The notes beneath the pieces are model-generated. The model saw only the letters and a list, made by a program, of their open reading frames with translations, did not search any database and was not told the origin of the DNA. From positions 1,248,001 to 1,312,000 of the forward strand of contig OZ242326.1 in assembly GCA_965208325.1 (NCBI GenBank): 64,000 nt of DNA, in the 5' to 3' direction. Below, piece after piece: positions 9,492 to 18,835 of the stretch (its first letter is position 1; the number at the start of each line of letters is the position of its first letter). This DNA is from Candidatus Poribacteria bacterium. GTDB taxonomy: Bacteria; Poribacteria; WGA-4E; PCPOR2b. Made by a program: the position numbers and the translations under genes.

Positions 9492-11186
9492 TTGAAAGTT
9501 ATCCTACAATCGACTAAACCACTGAAAACGCGGGAAATATTTCTCATTTGCGTTTTGCTGAATCTTGCCGTCTTCGTGCAGAATCCCAATTCTGCAAATG
9601 CGCTTCCCGAATTTGTCGAGATTACCGAAGCCGCCGGTATCGATTTTGTTCACAATACAGGAGCATTTGGCAAAAAGTACCTGCCGGAAACTATGGGATC
9701 CGGTTGCGCATTCACTGACTACGACAACGATGGTTGGGTTGACATTGTATTGGTTACCTGTAAAGATTGGGAAGGCCACCCGACCGGAAAGCGGCAGGCT
9801 ATGGCGCTTTATCGTAACAACCTTGACGGGACGTTTTCGGATGTCACGGCGAGCGCCGGGCTTTCCGTGGAAATTTACGGGATCGGCGTCGCGGCTGCCG
9901 ACTACGATAACGACGGCGATGACGACCTCTATGTCAGTTGTCTTGAGGCGGATCGGTTGTTCCAAAATCAGGGCGATGCAACCTTTCTTGATGTGACAGA
10001 GCAAGCAGGCATTGACAACCCCGGTTTCGGAACTAGTTGTGCATGGTTCGATTATGACAAGGACGGCTATCTCGATTTATACGTAGCCAATTATGTGGAG
10101 TGGACCATTGAAACAGATATTTTCTGCACCCTAGACGGTACGAACAAGGCATATTGTACGCCCGAGTCCTATCAAGGGCAATCGAGCCGCTTGTTTAGAA
10201 ACCGGGGCGATGGCACCTTTGCTGATGTGTCACGGATTTCCAGGATTGAAGATCCGACCAGCAAGTCGCTAGGCGTCTGTATTTTCGATTACAATTCTGA
10301 TGGATTGCCGGATATTTTTGAGGCAAACGATACGCAGCCCAATAAGCTCTATCACAACAATGGCGACGGAACTTTTATCGAAACGGGACTAAACGTGGGC
10401 ATCGCGTTTAGCGAGAATGGTGTTGCAACCGGTGCAATGGGCATTGATGCGGGCGATTATGACGGCAGCGGCAGGGAAAGTTTGGTAATTGGCAATTTTT
10501 CTAATGAGATGATGAATCTCTACAATAACGAAGGAGAGATTTTTATTGATGATGCCCCTATCGCCAACATTGGACATGCCAGCCTGTTGACGCTGACATT
10601 TGCGTGTTTCTTCTTCGATTTTGATCTTGATGGATGGCTTGACATTTTTGCGGCGAACGGACACGTTGAAAATGAAATCAACGCCGTGCAGAGTGAGGTC
10701 ACATACGCACAAGTGCCCCATCTGTTTCGTAACACCGGTAAAGGGACGTTCCGGGATGTCGCGCTGAAGGTCGGCGATGACCTAGCGAAACCGGTAGTAG
10801 GACGCGGAGGCGCCTACGGAGACATTGACAATGACGGCGATTGGGATATCCTGGTCACCACGTCTAACGGTCCCGCCCATTTATACCGAAATGACGGCGG
10901 AAATCAGAACCACTGGATAAAACTGAAATTTATCGGCACCAAAAGCAACCGCAACGGTATCGGCGTTAAAGTTTCGATTACGTCGAAAACCGGGACGCAA
11001 ACGCGAACGGTAAAGAGCGGCTGTAGTTATTGTTCACAGAGCGAACTGTCTCTAATCTTTGGTATTGGACAAACTCCCCTAGTTGACATGATTGAAGTGA
11101 ATTGGCCCAGCGGGATTGTCGATCGACTTGTCAACGTAAAACCGAATCAACTTATTGTTGTTGAAGAGGGGGAAACCAAAGATTGA
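9492..11186 (+). CDS. CRTAC1-family protein (FG-GAP-like repeats plus ASPIC/UnbV domain)
   Basis: ETMGSGCAFTDYDNDG, repeated DYDNDG/DFDLDG motifs, C-terminal SNRNGIG...SYCSQSE...VNWPSG; start may lie further downstream. Confidence 0.9.
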   Translation: MKVILQSTKPLKTREIFLICVLLNLAVFVQNPNSANALPEFVEITEAAGIDFVHNTGAFGKKYLPETMGSGCAFTDYDNDGWVDIVLVTCKDWEGHPTGKRQAMALYRNNLDGTFSDVTASAGLSVEIYGIGVAAADYDNDGDDDLYVSCLEADRLFQNQGDATFLDVTEQAGIDNPGFGTSCAWFDYDKDGYLDLYVANYVEWTIETDIFCTLDGTNKAYCTPESYQGQSSRLFRNRGDGTFADVSRISRIEDPTSKSLGVCIFDYNSDGLPDIFEANDTQPNKLYHNNGDGTFIETGLNVGIAFSENGVATGAMGIDAGDYDGSGRESLVIGNFSNEMMNLYNNEGEIFIDDAPIANIGHASLLTLTFACFFFDFDLDGWLDIFAANGHVENEINAVQSEVTYAQVPHLFRNTGKGTFRDVALKVGDDLAKPVVGRGGAYGDIDNDGDWDILVTTSNGPAHLYRNDGGNQNHWIKLKFIGTKSNRNGIGVKVSITSKTGTQTRTVKSGCSYCSQSELSLIFGIGQTPLVDMIEVNWPSGIVDRLVNVKPNQLIVVEEGETKD

Positions 11187-11530
11187 TATCAGGAAGCGTT
11201 TTCCGCCCATACACCTCCTCGCGCGGCAAAATCGCGCATGCGAACCGCTACTCACCTAGCATTAATCACCGCCCAAACTTGCGCAGGGATTTCTGCCTCT
11301 ATCCAATTCGACAATGAGATCGCGGCCGCACATACATTTTCCGTAACGCGGCGTACACGAGCACACGATGTCTCGAATTTGGCTCGCAATCTAGCGCCCA
11401 GCCTTCAATCTTTCACGTTGGCGCTTTATTTTTGGAGCGAACAAGTTCCTAAACCTCACCTCACCTGCTGCGTCTAATTAGAGCAATTTGGAGCTAGATA
11501 AGCCGCAAAATTACATAGGCAGGTTCCTTT

Positions 11531-13285
11531 ATGCAAAATGCACTAGCTAAATCATTGGCTCAAGCGATGCTTGATTCACACCTCATTTCCGACGACACGT
11601 ATCGGCAGGTTTTTGAAGAGGTAGAGAACACAGGCGTTTCGATGGATGAATTGCTGAAAAAGCGCGTCGGTGAAGGCATGCTTGCACTTGCCAGAAAGAG
11701 CATTGAGTATGATGTCCCTTGCGTTTTGTTGGAGAGAGCTATTCCGGAGTCTGAGGCAACAGCCAAGGTTCCCGCAGGCTTTGCTTATAAAAACAAGATT
11801 TTCCCGATTCGCCTAGAGAACGAAACGTTAACCGTGGCAATGGCTGACGCGCTTGATGTTGTCTTGATCGATGAAATTCGACTGGTTGCAGGGTGCGAGA
11901 TAAAACCGCTCCTCGCGGACGAAGAAGACATCGAAGCCGCAATCATCCGCTTCTACGGCAAGACGGCAGCCCAAATTCTAAGTGAGAGTATTAAGGGGCC
12001 GGTCGGGGCGGTTGCCACACTTGAACGGGAGACAATAGAAGATTTTGGAATTGATGAGAAGGACCTAATCCAAGATCCAACGGTGATACACGCAGTTGAT
12101 CAGATGATAATTGACGCCGCACGCTTAGGTGCGAGCGACATTCACATTGAGCCGTTTCCGAGTGAACTAAAGATTCGTTTTCGAATTGACGGTGTTTTGG
12201 AGGAACAACCGCAGCCGCCGCCGCATCTGCAATCCGCAATTACATCCCGTGTCAAGATTATGTCGGGAATGAATGTCGCAGAGCGGCGCCGACCGCAAGA
12301 CGGAAAGATAAGCAGGGAAATTCGAAGTGTAGGAAACCGCCAGATAGATCTCCGTGTTTCGACAGTGCCAACCGTTGCGACGCTCCATGGCGAAAGCGTC
12401 GTCCTCCGAATCCTGGACAAGCAATCCATTTCCTACGGCTTAGAAGAACTAGGTTTAATGGAGGACAATCTAGAACAGTTTGACCGAATGATTCGCAAAC
12501 CTCACGGCATCATCTTGGCAACGGGACCGACGGGAAGCGGGAAAACAACAACACTATATGCCTGTTTGAAAGAGATTAATACACAGGATATCAAGATTAT
12601 CACGATTGAAGAACCGGTCGAGTATGAGCTGGAGGGGATTAACCAGATTCAGGTCAATCCGGATATCGGTGTCACATTTGCGGCCGGGTTGAGACACATT
12701 CTAAGGCAGGATCCGGATAAGGTGCTCGTGGGTGAAATTCGAGACTATGAGACAGCAGAGATGGCAATTCACACGTCGTTGACCGGACACCTTGTGTTCA
12801 GTACACTACATACGAACAATGCGCCGGGGGCAATTACACGGCTCATTGACATGGGTGTGGACGCCTATCTTGTGGCTTCAACATTGGAAGGAATAATCGC
12901 GCAGCGGCTCGCTCGGCGTGTCTGTCCAAATTGTTGTGACATGTACCAACCAGAATCGCATTACATCCGAGAAATTTTCGGCGGCCAGTCGTTAGCTGTC
13001 GATTCAAAATTGGTGATTCCGCGCGCTGTCGGCTGCAGTGAATGCCGAGGGAGGGGATATAAGGGGCGAATCGGCATTTTTGAGGTCATCTTGATGAGCG
13101 AGGAATTACGAGAAATGACTCTGCATCGCGCCTCGACAAGCCAACTCAGACGCGCAGCAATGCGGTTAGGTATGAAAACGCTGCGCGAAGATGGATGGAG
13201 AAAGGTCGCAGCCGGATTTACGACTGTCGATGAAATTGTGCGTCTCACCCAAGAGGATGATTTTGACACGCGGGAAGTCGTATAG
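11531..13285 (+). CDS. gspE: Type II secretion / pilus assembly ATPase GspE/PilB
   Basis: ASDIHIEP, Walker A GPTGSGKT, LRQDPD, GEIRD, TGHLVFSTLHTN, tetracysteine CPNC/CSEC. Confidence 0.95.
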   Translation: MQNALAKSLAQAMLDSHLISDDTYRQVFEEVENTGVSMDELLKKRVGEGMLALARKSIEYDVPCVLLERAIPESEATAKVPAGFAYKNKIFPIRLENETLTVAMADALDVVLIDEIRLVAGCEIKPLLADEEDIEAAIIRFYGKTAAQILSESIKGPVGAVATLERETIEDFGIDEKDLIQDPTVIHAVDQMIIDAARLGASDIHIEPFPSELKIRFRIDGVLEEQPQPPPHLQSAITSRVKIMSGMNVAERRRPQDGKISREIRSVGNRQIDLRVSTVPTVATLHGESVVLRILDKQSISYGLEELGLMEDNLEQFDRMIRKPHGIILATGPTGSGKTTTLYACLKEINTQDIKIITIEEPVEYELEGINQIQVNPDIGVTFAAGLRHILRQDPDKVLVGEIRDYETAEMAIHTSLTGHLVFSTLHTNNAPGAITRLIDMGVDAYLVASTLEGIIAQRLARRVCPNCCDMYQPESHYIREIFGGQSLAVDSKLVIPRAVGCSECRGRGYKGRIGIFEVILMSEELREMTLHRASTSQLRRAAMRLGMKTLREDGWRKVAAGFTTVDEIVRLTQEDDFDTREVV

Positions 13286-13320
13286 CGCAAAACTTCGTGT
13301 CAAAAAAAAGAGAGTTATCA

Positions 13321-14544
13321 ATGCCAAGATTTCGCTACGAAGCGCTCACTAGCACAGGCAACACCGTAAGTAACACCCAAGAAGCGAACTCTAAAGCCGA
13401 ACTTGTGTCTAACCTGAAAACAGAAGGGTATTGGGCAACAAGTATTGTTGAGGAAACTGCTTCGGAAATGGAGGAAATGCGGTTTCAATTTTCACTATTT
13501 CGTGGACGAATCAAAGCATCGGAAGTTGAATTCTTCACTTATCAGATGGCAACGCTCATCAATGCTCATGTGACTTTGCCGCGGGCTTTGGGAATCACCC
13601 TCGAACAGATTTCGAATCCGAAACTCAGAAGCGTTGTTGAGCAGGTCAAATACGATGTCGAACATGGCGCGATATTCAACGCTGCACTTGCACAACACCC
13701 TAAGGTTTTTTCCGATCTCTATGTCAACATGGTGAGAGCAGGCGAGACCGGAGGCGTGCTCGGCGTTGTACTCGAACGGCTATCTGAATTTGCCGAGCGG
13801 CAGCGCTTGCTGAGAAACGAAGTCATTTCGTCCTTATTTTATCCTGCGATTCTTTTGGTTTCTAGCATCATTGCTCTTGCTGTGTTAACAATTTTCGTCA
13901 TTCCCAAACTCACTGTAATGTACGCAGACATGGGGGTTGACTTGCCTTATCTGACCCAGTTTCTGATTGCCGCCACTGATTTTCTTAGCCTGTACGGGTG
14001 GATCGTTTTGGTAGCGTGTGTTGCTGCGGTTTTTGGGATTAGGCAATTCGTGCGTACAGAAAACGGCCGCCTAATGTCCGATCGCCTGAAACTCAGGCTT
14101 CCTCTCATCGGAAGTGTTTATAGTAATGTTGCTCTTGTGCGTTTTACGCGCACAATGGCAACCCTCCTCGAAAATGGAGTCGTATTGCTGTCGGCGCTTC
14201 GAGTTGTCAAGGATTCAATTGGAAATCAAGTTTATACCCGTGCGGTAACGGAATCCGAAAAAGGGATTGAACGGGGTTCCACCTTATCAAAAGAGTTGCA
14301 GGAATCCAATGTCTTCCCACGCCTCGTTACTCACATGATTACAGTTGGAGAAGAATCAGGCAATCTCGAACAGATGCTAGCAAAGCTATCAACATATTAC
14401 AATTTGGAAATAAAGAAAGACTTGGAACGGCTGACGAGTTCAATTGGGCCTTTGGTCATCTTGGTTATGGGTGTGGTGATAGGGTTTCTCGCGGTCGCAA
14501 TGATACTTCCGATTTATGGAGCCACCAATCTGGTGGCTGGATAG
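13321..14544 (+). CDS. gspF: Type II secretion inner-membrane platform protein GspF
   Basis: MPRFRYEAL start, HPKVFSDLYVNMVRAGETGG, YPAILL, VGEESGNL, AMILPIY. Confidence 0.95.
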   Translation: MPRFRYEALTSTGNTVSNTQEANSKAELVSNLKTEGYWATSIVEETASEMEEMRFQFSLFRGRIKASEVEFFTYQMATLINAHVTLPRALGITLEQISNPKLRSVVEQVKYDVEHGAIFNAALAQHPKVFSDLYVNMVRAGETGGVLGVVLERLSEFAERQRLLRNEVISSLFYPAILLVSSIIALAVLTIFVIPKLTVMYADMGVDLPYLTQFLIAATDFLSLYGWIVLVACVAAVFGIRQFVRTENGRLMSDRLKLRLPLIGSVYSNVALVRFTRTMATLLENGVVLLSALRVVKDSIGNQVYTRAVTESEKGIERGSTLSKELQESNVFPRLVTHMITVGEESGNLEQMLAKLSTYYNLEIKKDLERLTSSIGPLVILVMGVVIGFLAVAMILPIYGATNLVAG

Positions 14545-14575
14545 TGAAAACCTAGAATATTAGGAGGGTCAAACC

Positions 14576-15022
14576 TTGTTGAAACAATTGAAAGCAGGTG
14601 AATCTGGTGTGACGCTCATAGAACTTTTAATCGTTATCGTAATTCTTGGGCTATTGGCTGGGGTTATAGCCTTAAATGTGATGCCCCAAATAGATAATGC
14701 GAAGGTTGCTACATCGAGGCAAGACATTGAGAGATTGAAGATGGCGCTTAATTTGTACTCCCTTCAAGTTGGTGACTATCCAACGACTGAACAAGGATTA
14801 GAGGCGCTATGGAATCCCCCCAATCCCGTGCCTGCGAATTGGAATGGACCCTATGTGGAAAAACCAAAATTCGAGGATTCATGGGGAAATGAATACATTT
14901 ATCAATACCCCGGTAATCACGCGGGTTACAATTATGACCTCTATTCATTGGGCAAGGATGGCAAACAGGGAGGTGATGGGTATAACGCTGACATTACCAA
15001 CTGGATTGAGGAAACGCAGTAG
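14576..15022 (+). CDS. gspG: Major pseudopilin GspG
   Basis: G|VTLIELL prepilin motif; YPTTEQGLEAL, WNGPY, DSWGNEY, YDLYSLGKDG. Confidence 0.95.
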   Translation: MLKQLKAGESGVTLIELLIVIVILGLLAGVIALNVMPQIDNAKVATSRQDIERLKMALNLYSLQVGDYPTTEQGLEALWNPPNPVPANWNGPYVEKPKFEDSWGNEYIYQYPGNHAGYNYDLYSLGKDGKQGGDGYNADITNWIEETQ

Positions 15023-15692
15023 CTCCCGTAATTTCGATTCAGCTTTTACGTTAATTGAAATTATGATTGTACTGACGTTGATTGTAATTTTATCTTCGAT
15101 TGCGATGCCTTCTCTACGCGGCTTCACTGCGTCATCGCGCTTAAAATCATCAGTGCATGGCGTGCGAGACATGCTGCGTTTTGCACGCGACATGTCAATT
15201 ACAGAACGGTCCCCATATCTCGTAGTGTTTGATTTTGATTTGAACAAATACTGGCTCGCTTCCAGCGACACTTTCGAAATCACGGACCCGTCTGCGTCTT
15301 CGATCGCCAGTCCTTCAAGCACAGTTATACCGGTCATAAATCAGCAAAGACTGGAAGGTGAAAGTTCTGTGACGGGCCGCCCAATGATTTCGCGGACAAG
15401 CAATATCCTCGGCCTTCCGCAGTCTCTGGGCAAAAATGTGACCCTATCTCGCATGAAAACTAACCATAATTTTCAATCAAGGCAGGTAGACTCCGGTGTT
15501 GATTATATTTACTTCTCCCCAACGGGTTCTTCGGAAGAAACAACTCTGTATATTCAAAATCTGCAGGGCAAACTGATGTCCATCACTGTCGAGGGCGCTA
15601 CAGGGCGCATCCACACTGAAGGGCTCAGTAGTCAACAGGCTAAAGCACTGGGACATGTTAATACCGAGGAACCCAACCTCGATAGAGATTAA
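15006..15692 (+). CDS. gspH: Minor pseudopilin GspH/FimT-like
   Basis: A|FTLIEIMIV motif, IYFSPTGSS...ITVEGATGRI; start uncertain (TTG at 15006 chosen, overlapping the end of gspG). Confidence 0.8.
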   Translation: MRKRSSSRNFDSAFTLIEIMIVLTLIVILSSIAMPSLRGFTASSRLKSSVHGVRDMLRFARDMSITERSPYLVVFDFDLNKYWLASSDTFEITDPSASSIASPSSTVIPVINQQRLEGESSVTGRPMISRTSNILGLPQSLGKNVTLSRMKTNHNFQSRQVDSGVDYIYFSPTGSSEETTLYIQNLQGKLMSITVEGATGRIHTEGLSSQQAKALGHVNTEEPNLDRD

Positions 15693-15847
15693 ACCCTTGG
15701 GTTTCTATTGACCGCCGCGAGACATTCCACGTATCGGGCAATCTTTTATATATATTTGACTATCCAACAGAAGATACTTGAATTCGTTAAGTTCGACACC
15801 TTACACACACGAGCAAACTGCTAAATTTCCGGAAGGAAATTGGGGCT

Positions 15848-16294
15848 ATGTACATGACTCCTCCGAAGGTTTTTGTTGCGAATCTCCATATGTCGGCGCG
15901 CGGCAACAGCGGATTTACTTTGATTGAAATTGTCGTGACTTTAGCGATTCTTTCACTCGGATTGCCAGTGCTCCTCCAATCATTTTCTAACGCGGCAAAC
16001 AATCAAAGGAATTCGCAAGATAAGACGACTGCCATGTACCTCATCAAAACCCGCATGGCGCAAATCGAACTTGAGGGATATCCGGACATTGGTCAAGAAT
16101 CGGGAGACTTTGGTGAAAACTCTCCGTACCGTTGGCGCTCGGAAGTTCACGACGTGGTATCGGATGAGTTCGAGGAAGGGCTTCGTGCTGTCAATGTAAC
16201 AGTCACGTGGCTAGAGCGCGGGAAGGATGAATCAACATCAATGATTACCTATATCGCCAATCGACAGATGCCGCAACCGCAAAATGGCCGGTAG
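15848..16294 (+). CDS. gspI: Minor pseudopilin GspI-like
   Basis: G|FTLIEIVV, ESGDF...YRWR, VNVTVTW. Confidence 0.8.
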   Translation: MYMTPPKVFVANLHMSARGNSGFTLIEIVVTLAILSLGLPVLLQSFSNAANNQRNSQDKTTAMYLIKTRMAQIELEGYPDIGQESGDFGENSPYRWRSEVHDVVSDEFEEGLRAVNVTVTWLERGKDESTSMITYIANRQMPQPQNGR

Positions 16295-16325
16295 ATGCAA
16301 TAAACGTGGTGGACGGAAGGGCGGA

Positions 16326-17231
16326 ATGGATAAATCAAATTCACGAGACTCGTTAAACGTTTCGCATGAGGGTGGACTAACATTAATTGAACTGCTTATC
16401 GCCGTTAGTATTCTTGTCATCATCAGCGGTTCTACCTACACCGTTTTCAATGTGGCGATGGACGTATACGAGAAAACAGGATCGCGGATAGTAATGTCCC
16501 AGAAGTGTAGAATTGCGTTAGACCGAATCGTCACAGATTTAAGCAATTTGCAGGCGGTGCAGGGAGATGATGCGCTGACGCTCATTTCGCAGCAAAATTC
16601 ACATGAATCCGGCGAGCGGGATCTGATCAGCTTTGTAACACTCGCTCATGCGGCCCCCGATCCGTTCCTTGCTGAATTGAACGCGGCGAGAGGATTGGTA
16701 GATGAAGACGACGAAATACGGGAAACGCTCGTCGGCGATGTGCAGCGCGTCAGCTACTATATTGGTAGAGATCCGATTCGGGAACAGGGCGGTTTGGAGT
16801 TACGCGGTGCAATGTTAGGCATAAATGGCCAAGCAGATGAGACGCCGGCGCTTTTACGGGTGACCACAGCATCACTTAATCCTGAAACGGTGGTGCTACC
16901 GCTGATTGAAACAGGAACAATCCCGTCCGAAGATGACGAGGGCAATCCTATAGAGGTGGACATTGTGCCAATCATCAATCAGATTGTCTCCTTCGACCTA
17001 AAGTATTTTGACGGAGAAACATGGTACGATTCATGGGAGAGCGGAGAGATGATTCCAAAGGCAGTTGAAGTGACCATTGCCGTTTCTAGCGAGAATAACA
17101 TTCAACGGAGAACACAAGCCCCACGCCAAGGTGTTGCGCACGAGACCCAATCAACGATGGTATATCTGTTAATGAGCGCAAATTTTAACGAGCAACCGCC
17201 CAGTATCCCCAACGCAGCACCGGGCGGCTGA
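16326..17231 (+). CDS. gspJ: Minor pseudopilin GspJ-like
   Basis: G|LTLIELLIAV, FDLKYFDGETWYDSW...IPKAVEVTI; start at 16326 or 16284. Confidence 0.8.
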   Translation: MDKSNSRDSLNVSHEGGLTLIELLIAVSILVIISGSTYTVFNVAMDVYEKTGSRIVMSQKCRIALDRIVTDLSNLQAVQGDDALTLISQQNSHESGERDLISFVTLAHAAPDPFLAELNAARGLVDEDDEIRETLVGDVQRVSYYIGRDPIREQGGLELRGAMLGINGQADETPALLRVTTASLNPETVVLPLIETGTIPSEDDEGNPIEVDIVPIINQIVSFDLKYFDGETWYDSWESGEMIPKAVEVTIAVSSENNIQRRTQAPRQGVAHETQSTMVYLLMSANFNEQPPSIPNAAPGG

Positions 17232-17239
17232 ATGGGTGA

Positions 17240-18799
17240 ATGAATAATTTTAGGAAACCACATCTATACATCTCAGGAGACAAATTCGGTGTCCCGCATT
17301 GCCGCTCCCGCCCGGCATGCAACTGCGAATTAGGGCTGTCACTGATCGCCACTCTGTGGATATTGACAATCCTCTCTGTGCTAGTAACGCAGTTTCTCTA
17401 TTCAATCCGCCTCGAACAACGAGCGCAGGCTAATTTTGTTGAACGAACGAAGTTCTACTATGCGGCGAAAGCAGGCTTTGAGAAATCAGTCGCAATACTG
17501 CGCAGTGATACGACGCCCTACGACGCGCTGGGCGAAAACTGGGCGCAGGAGATGGAAGAGCAGATTGAAAATGCAAGCAACGTTGGGGACGCGCTAACCT
17601 ATCGAGTGACAATCACGGACGAAGAATCTAAAGTCAATTTGAATTCGGCGGATGTAAACGTCGTTCGAGGGTTGCTCGGTACTGTGGGCTATGAGGTGGC
17701 GGAAACTGCAGAACAATCGCCGCTTGCAGACGCAATCGTAGAGGGGCGCCCCTATCGGACAGTGCTGGACGTGGCGCGAATTGATGGCATGACACAGGAA
17801 ATTCTCTACGGCCGGCGACGCCTCACACAAGGTTACTCCGCCGAAAATCGGAATCAAGGTGCGGCGGAAGGAAGTAACACGAAGAGTCTAATTGATTATG
17901 CGACAGTTTATTCTATTGACAAAAACACCGACGCTAACGGGCAACCCAGGGTAAACGTCAACAGTGCAGATGCTCAACAGATTACACAGATCCACGGCTC
18001 TAATAACCAGCCGGTGTTTTCGCAAGGCGAAGCGGAGTCGCTAATCCATCAGCGATCGCTCAAGGGAATAGGCGATTTGATAGACGCTCAAGCCGTTTCA
18101 AATCAGATTTTTGACAACATTCGCAATCGAATCACCGTAGAAGACAGCGATGGGGAAAACAACCAGGAAAACGCTGAGAACGACAATGAGAATAGCGATA
18201 AGGAAAGCGATGAGAACAACCAAGAACAGGTCAACATTAACACCGCCGATGCAGGCAATTTAGCATCCCTTGACGGCATCGATCAAGGAATTGCCGAACG
18301 GATCATAGAACATCGCGAAAACGAGGGCGCGTTTGAAAATGTGGACAAACTCAAGGAAGTTAAATTAATTACATCAGATGAGTTCAAGAGCATTGTCGAT
18401 CGAATCACCACCGTTGACGAAGCGACGCGTAGCGGACTAATTAACGTCAATACCGCGTCCAACGAGATTTTACAGTTGTTGCCGGGGATGGATTCAAATA
18501 AAGCCCAAGCAATTGTTAACCGCCGTGAGGCAGCTCCGGCAAGCGGACAACAGAATCAGGCATTAGTGCAAAATGCAATTACCGGAAATCCGTTTACAAA
18601 CACCGCTCAACTGCTTGATGTAGAAGGAATTGATCCAAACACGTTCCGGCAGATTGTAGATCTCATTACCTACCGGTCGCACGGCTTTCTCATCGAATCG
18701 TCTGGAGTCGATTCACAAGGAAAAATTCTTGCTTCCTGTGTCGGGGCGATTGATCGGTCCGCACCTCAGGTTGTCGTCAAATATTGGAAGCAGGATTGA
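17240..18799 (+). CDS. gspK: Minor pseudopilin GspK with four HhH/ComEA-like units
   Basis: G|LSLIATLWIL, YYAAKAG, YDALGENW, ITDEESKVNLN; four (V/I)N(L/V/I)N(S/T)A units. Confidence 0.85.
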   Translation: MNNFRKPHLYISGDKFGVPHCRSRPACNCELGLSLIATLWILTILSVLVTQFLYSIRLEQRAQANFVERTKFYYAAKAGFEKSVAILRSDTTPYDALGENWAQEMEEQIENASNVGDALTYRVTITDEESKVNLNSADVNVVRGLLGTVGYEVAETAEQSPLADAIVEGRPYRTVLDVARIDGMTQEILYGRRRLTQGYSAENRNQGAAEGSNTKSLIDYATVYSIDKNTDANGQPRVNVNSADAQQITQIHGSNNQPVFSQGEAESLIHQRSLKGIGDLIDAQAVSNQIFDNIRNRITVEDSDGENNQENAENDNENSDKESDENNQEQVNINTADAGNLASLDGIDQGIAERIIEHRENEGAFENVDKLKEVKLITSDEFKSIVDRITTVDEATRSGLINVNTASNEILQLLPGMDSNKAQAIVNRREAAPASGQQNQALVQNAITGNPFTNTAQLLDVEGIDPNTFRQIVDLITYRSHGFLIESSGVDSQGKILASCVGAIDRSAPQVVVKYWKQD

Positions 18800-18835
18800 A
18801 TTGACGTTTCGCACCATCTAACTTAAGGCACAATT

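Noticed and set aside
14844..15005. Long N-terminal extension of gspH in the ORF track
   Set aside because: Overlaps gspG extensively; the prepilin motif implies a start near 15006.
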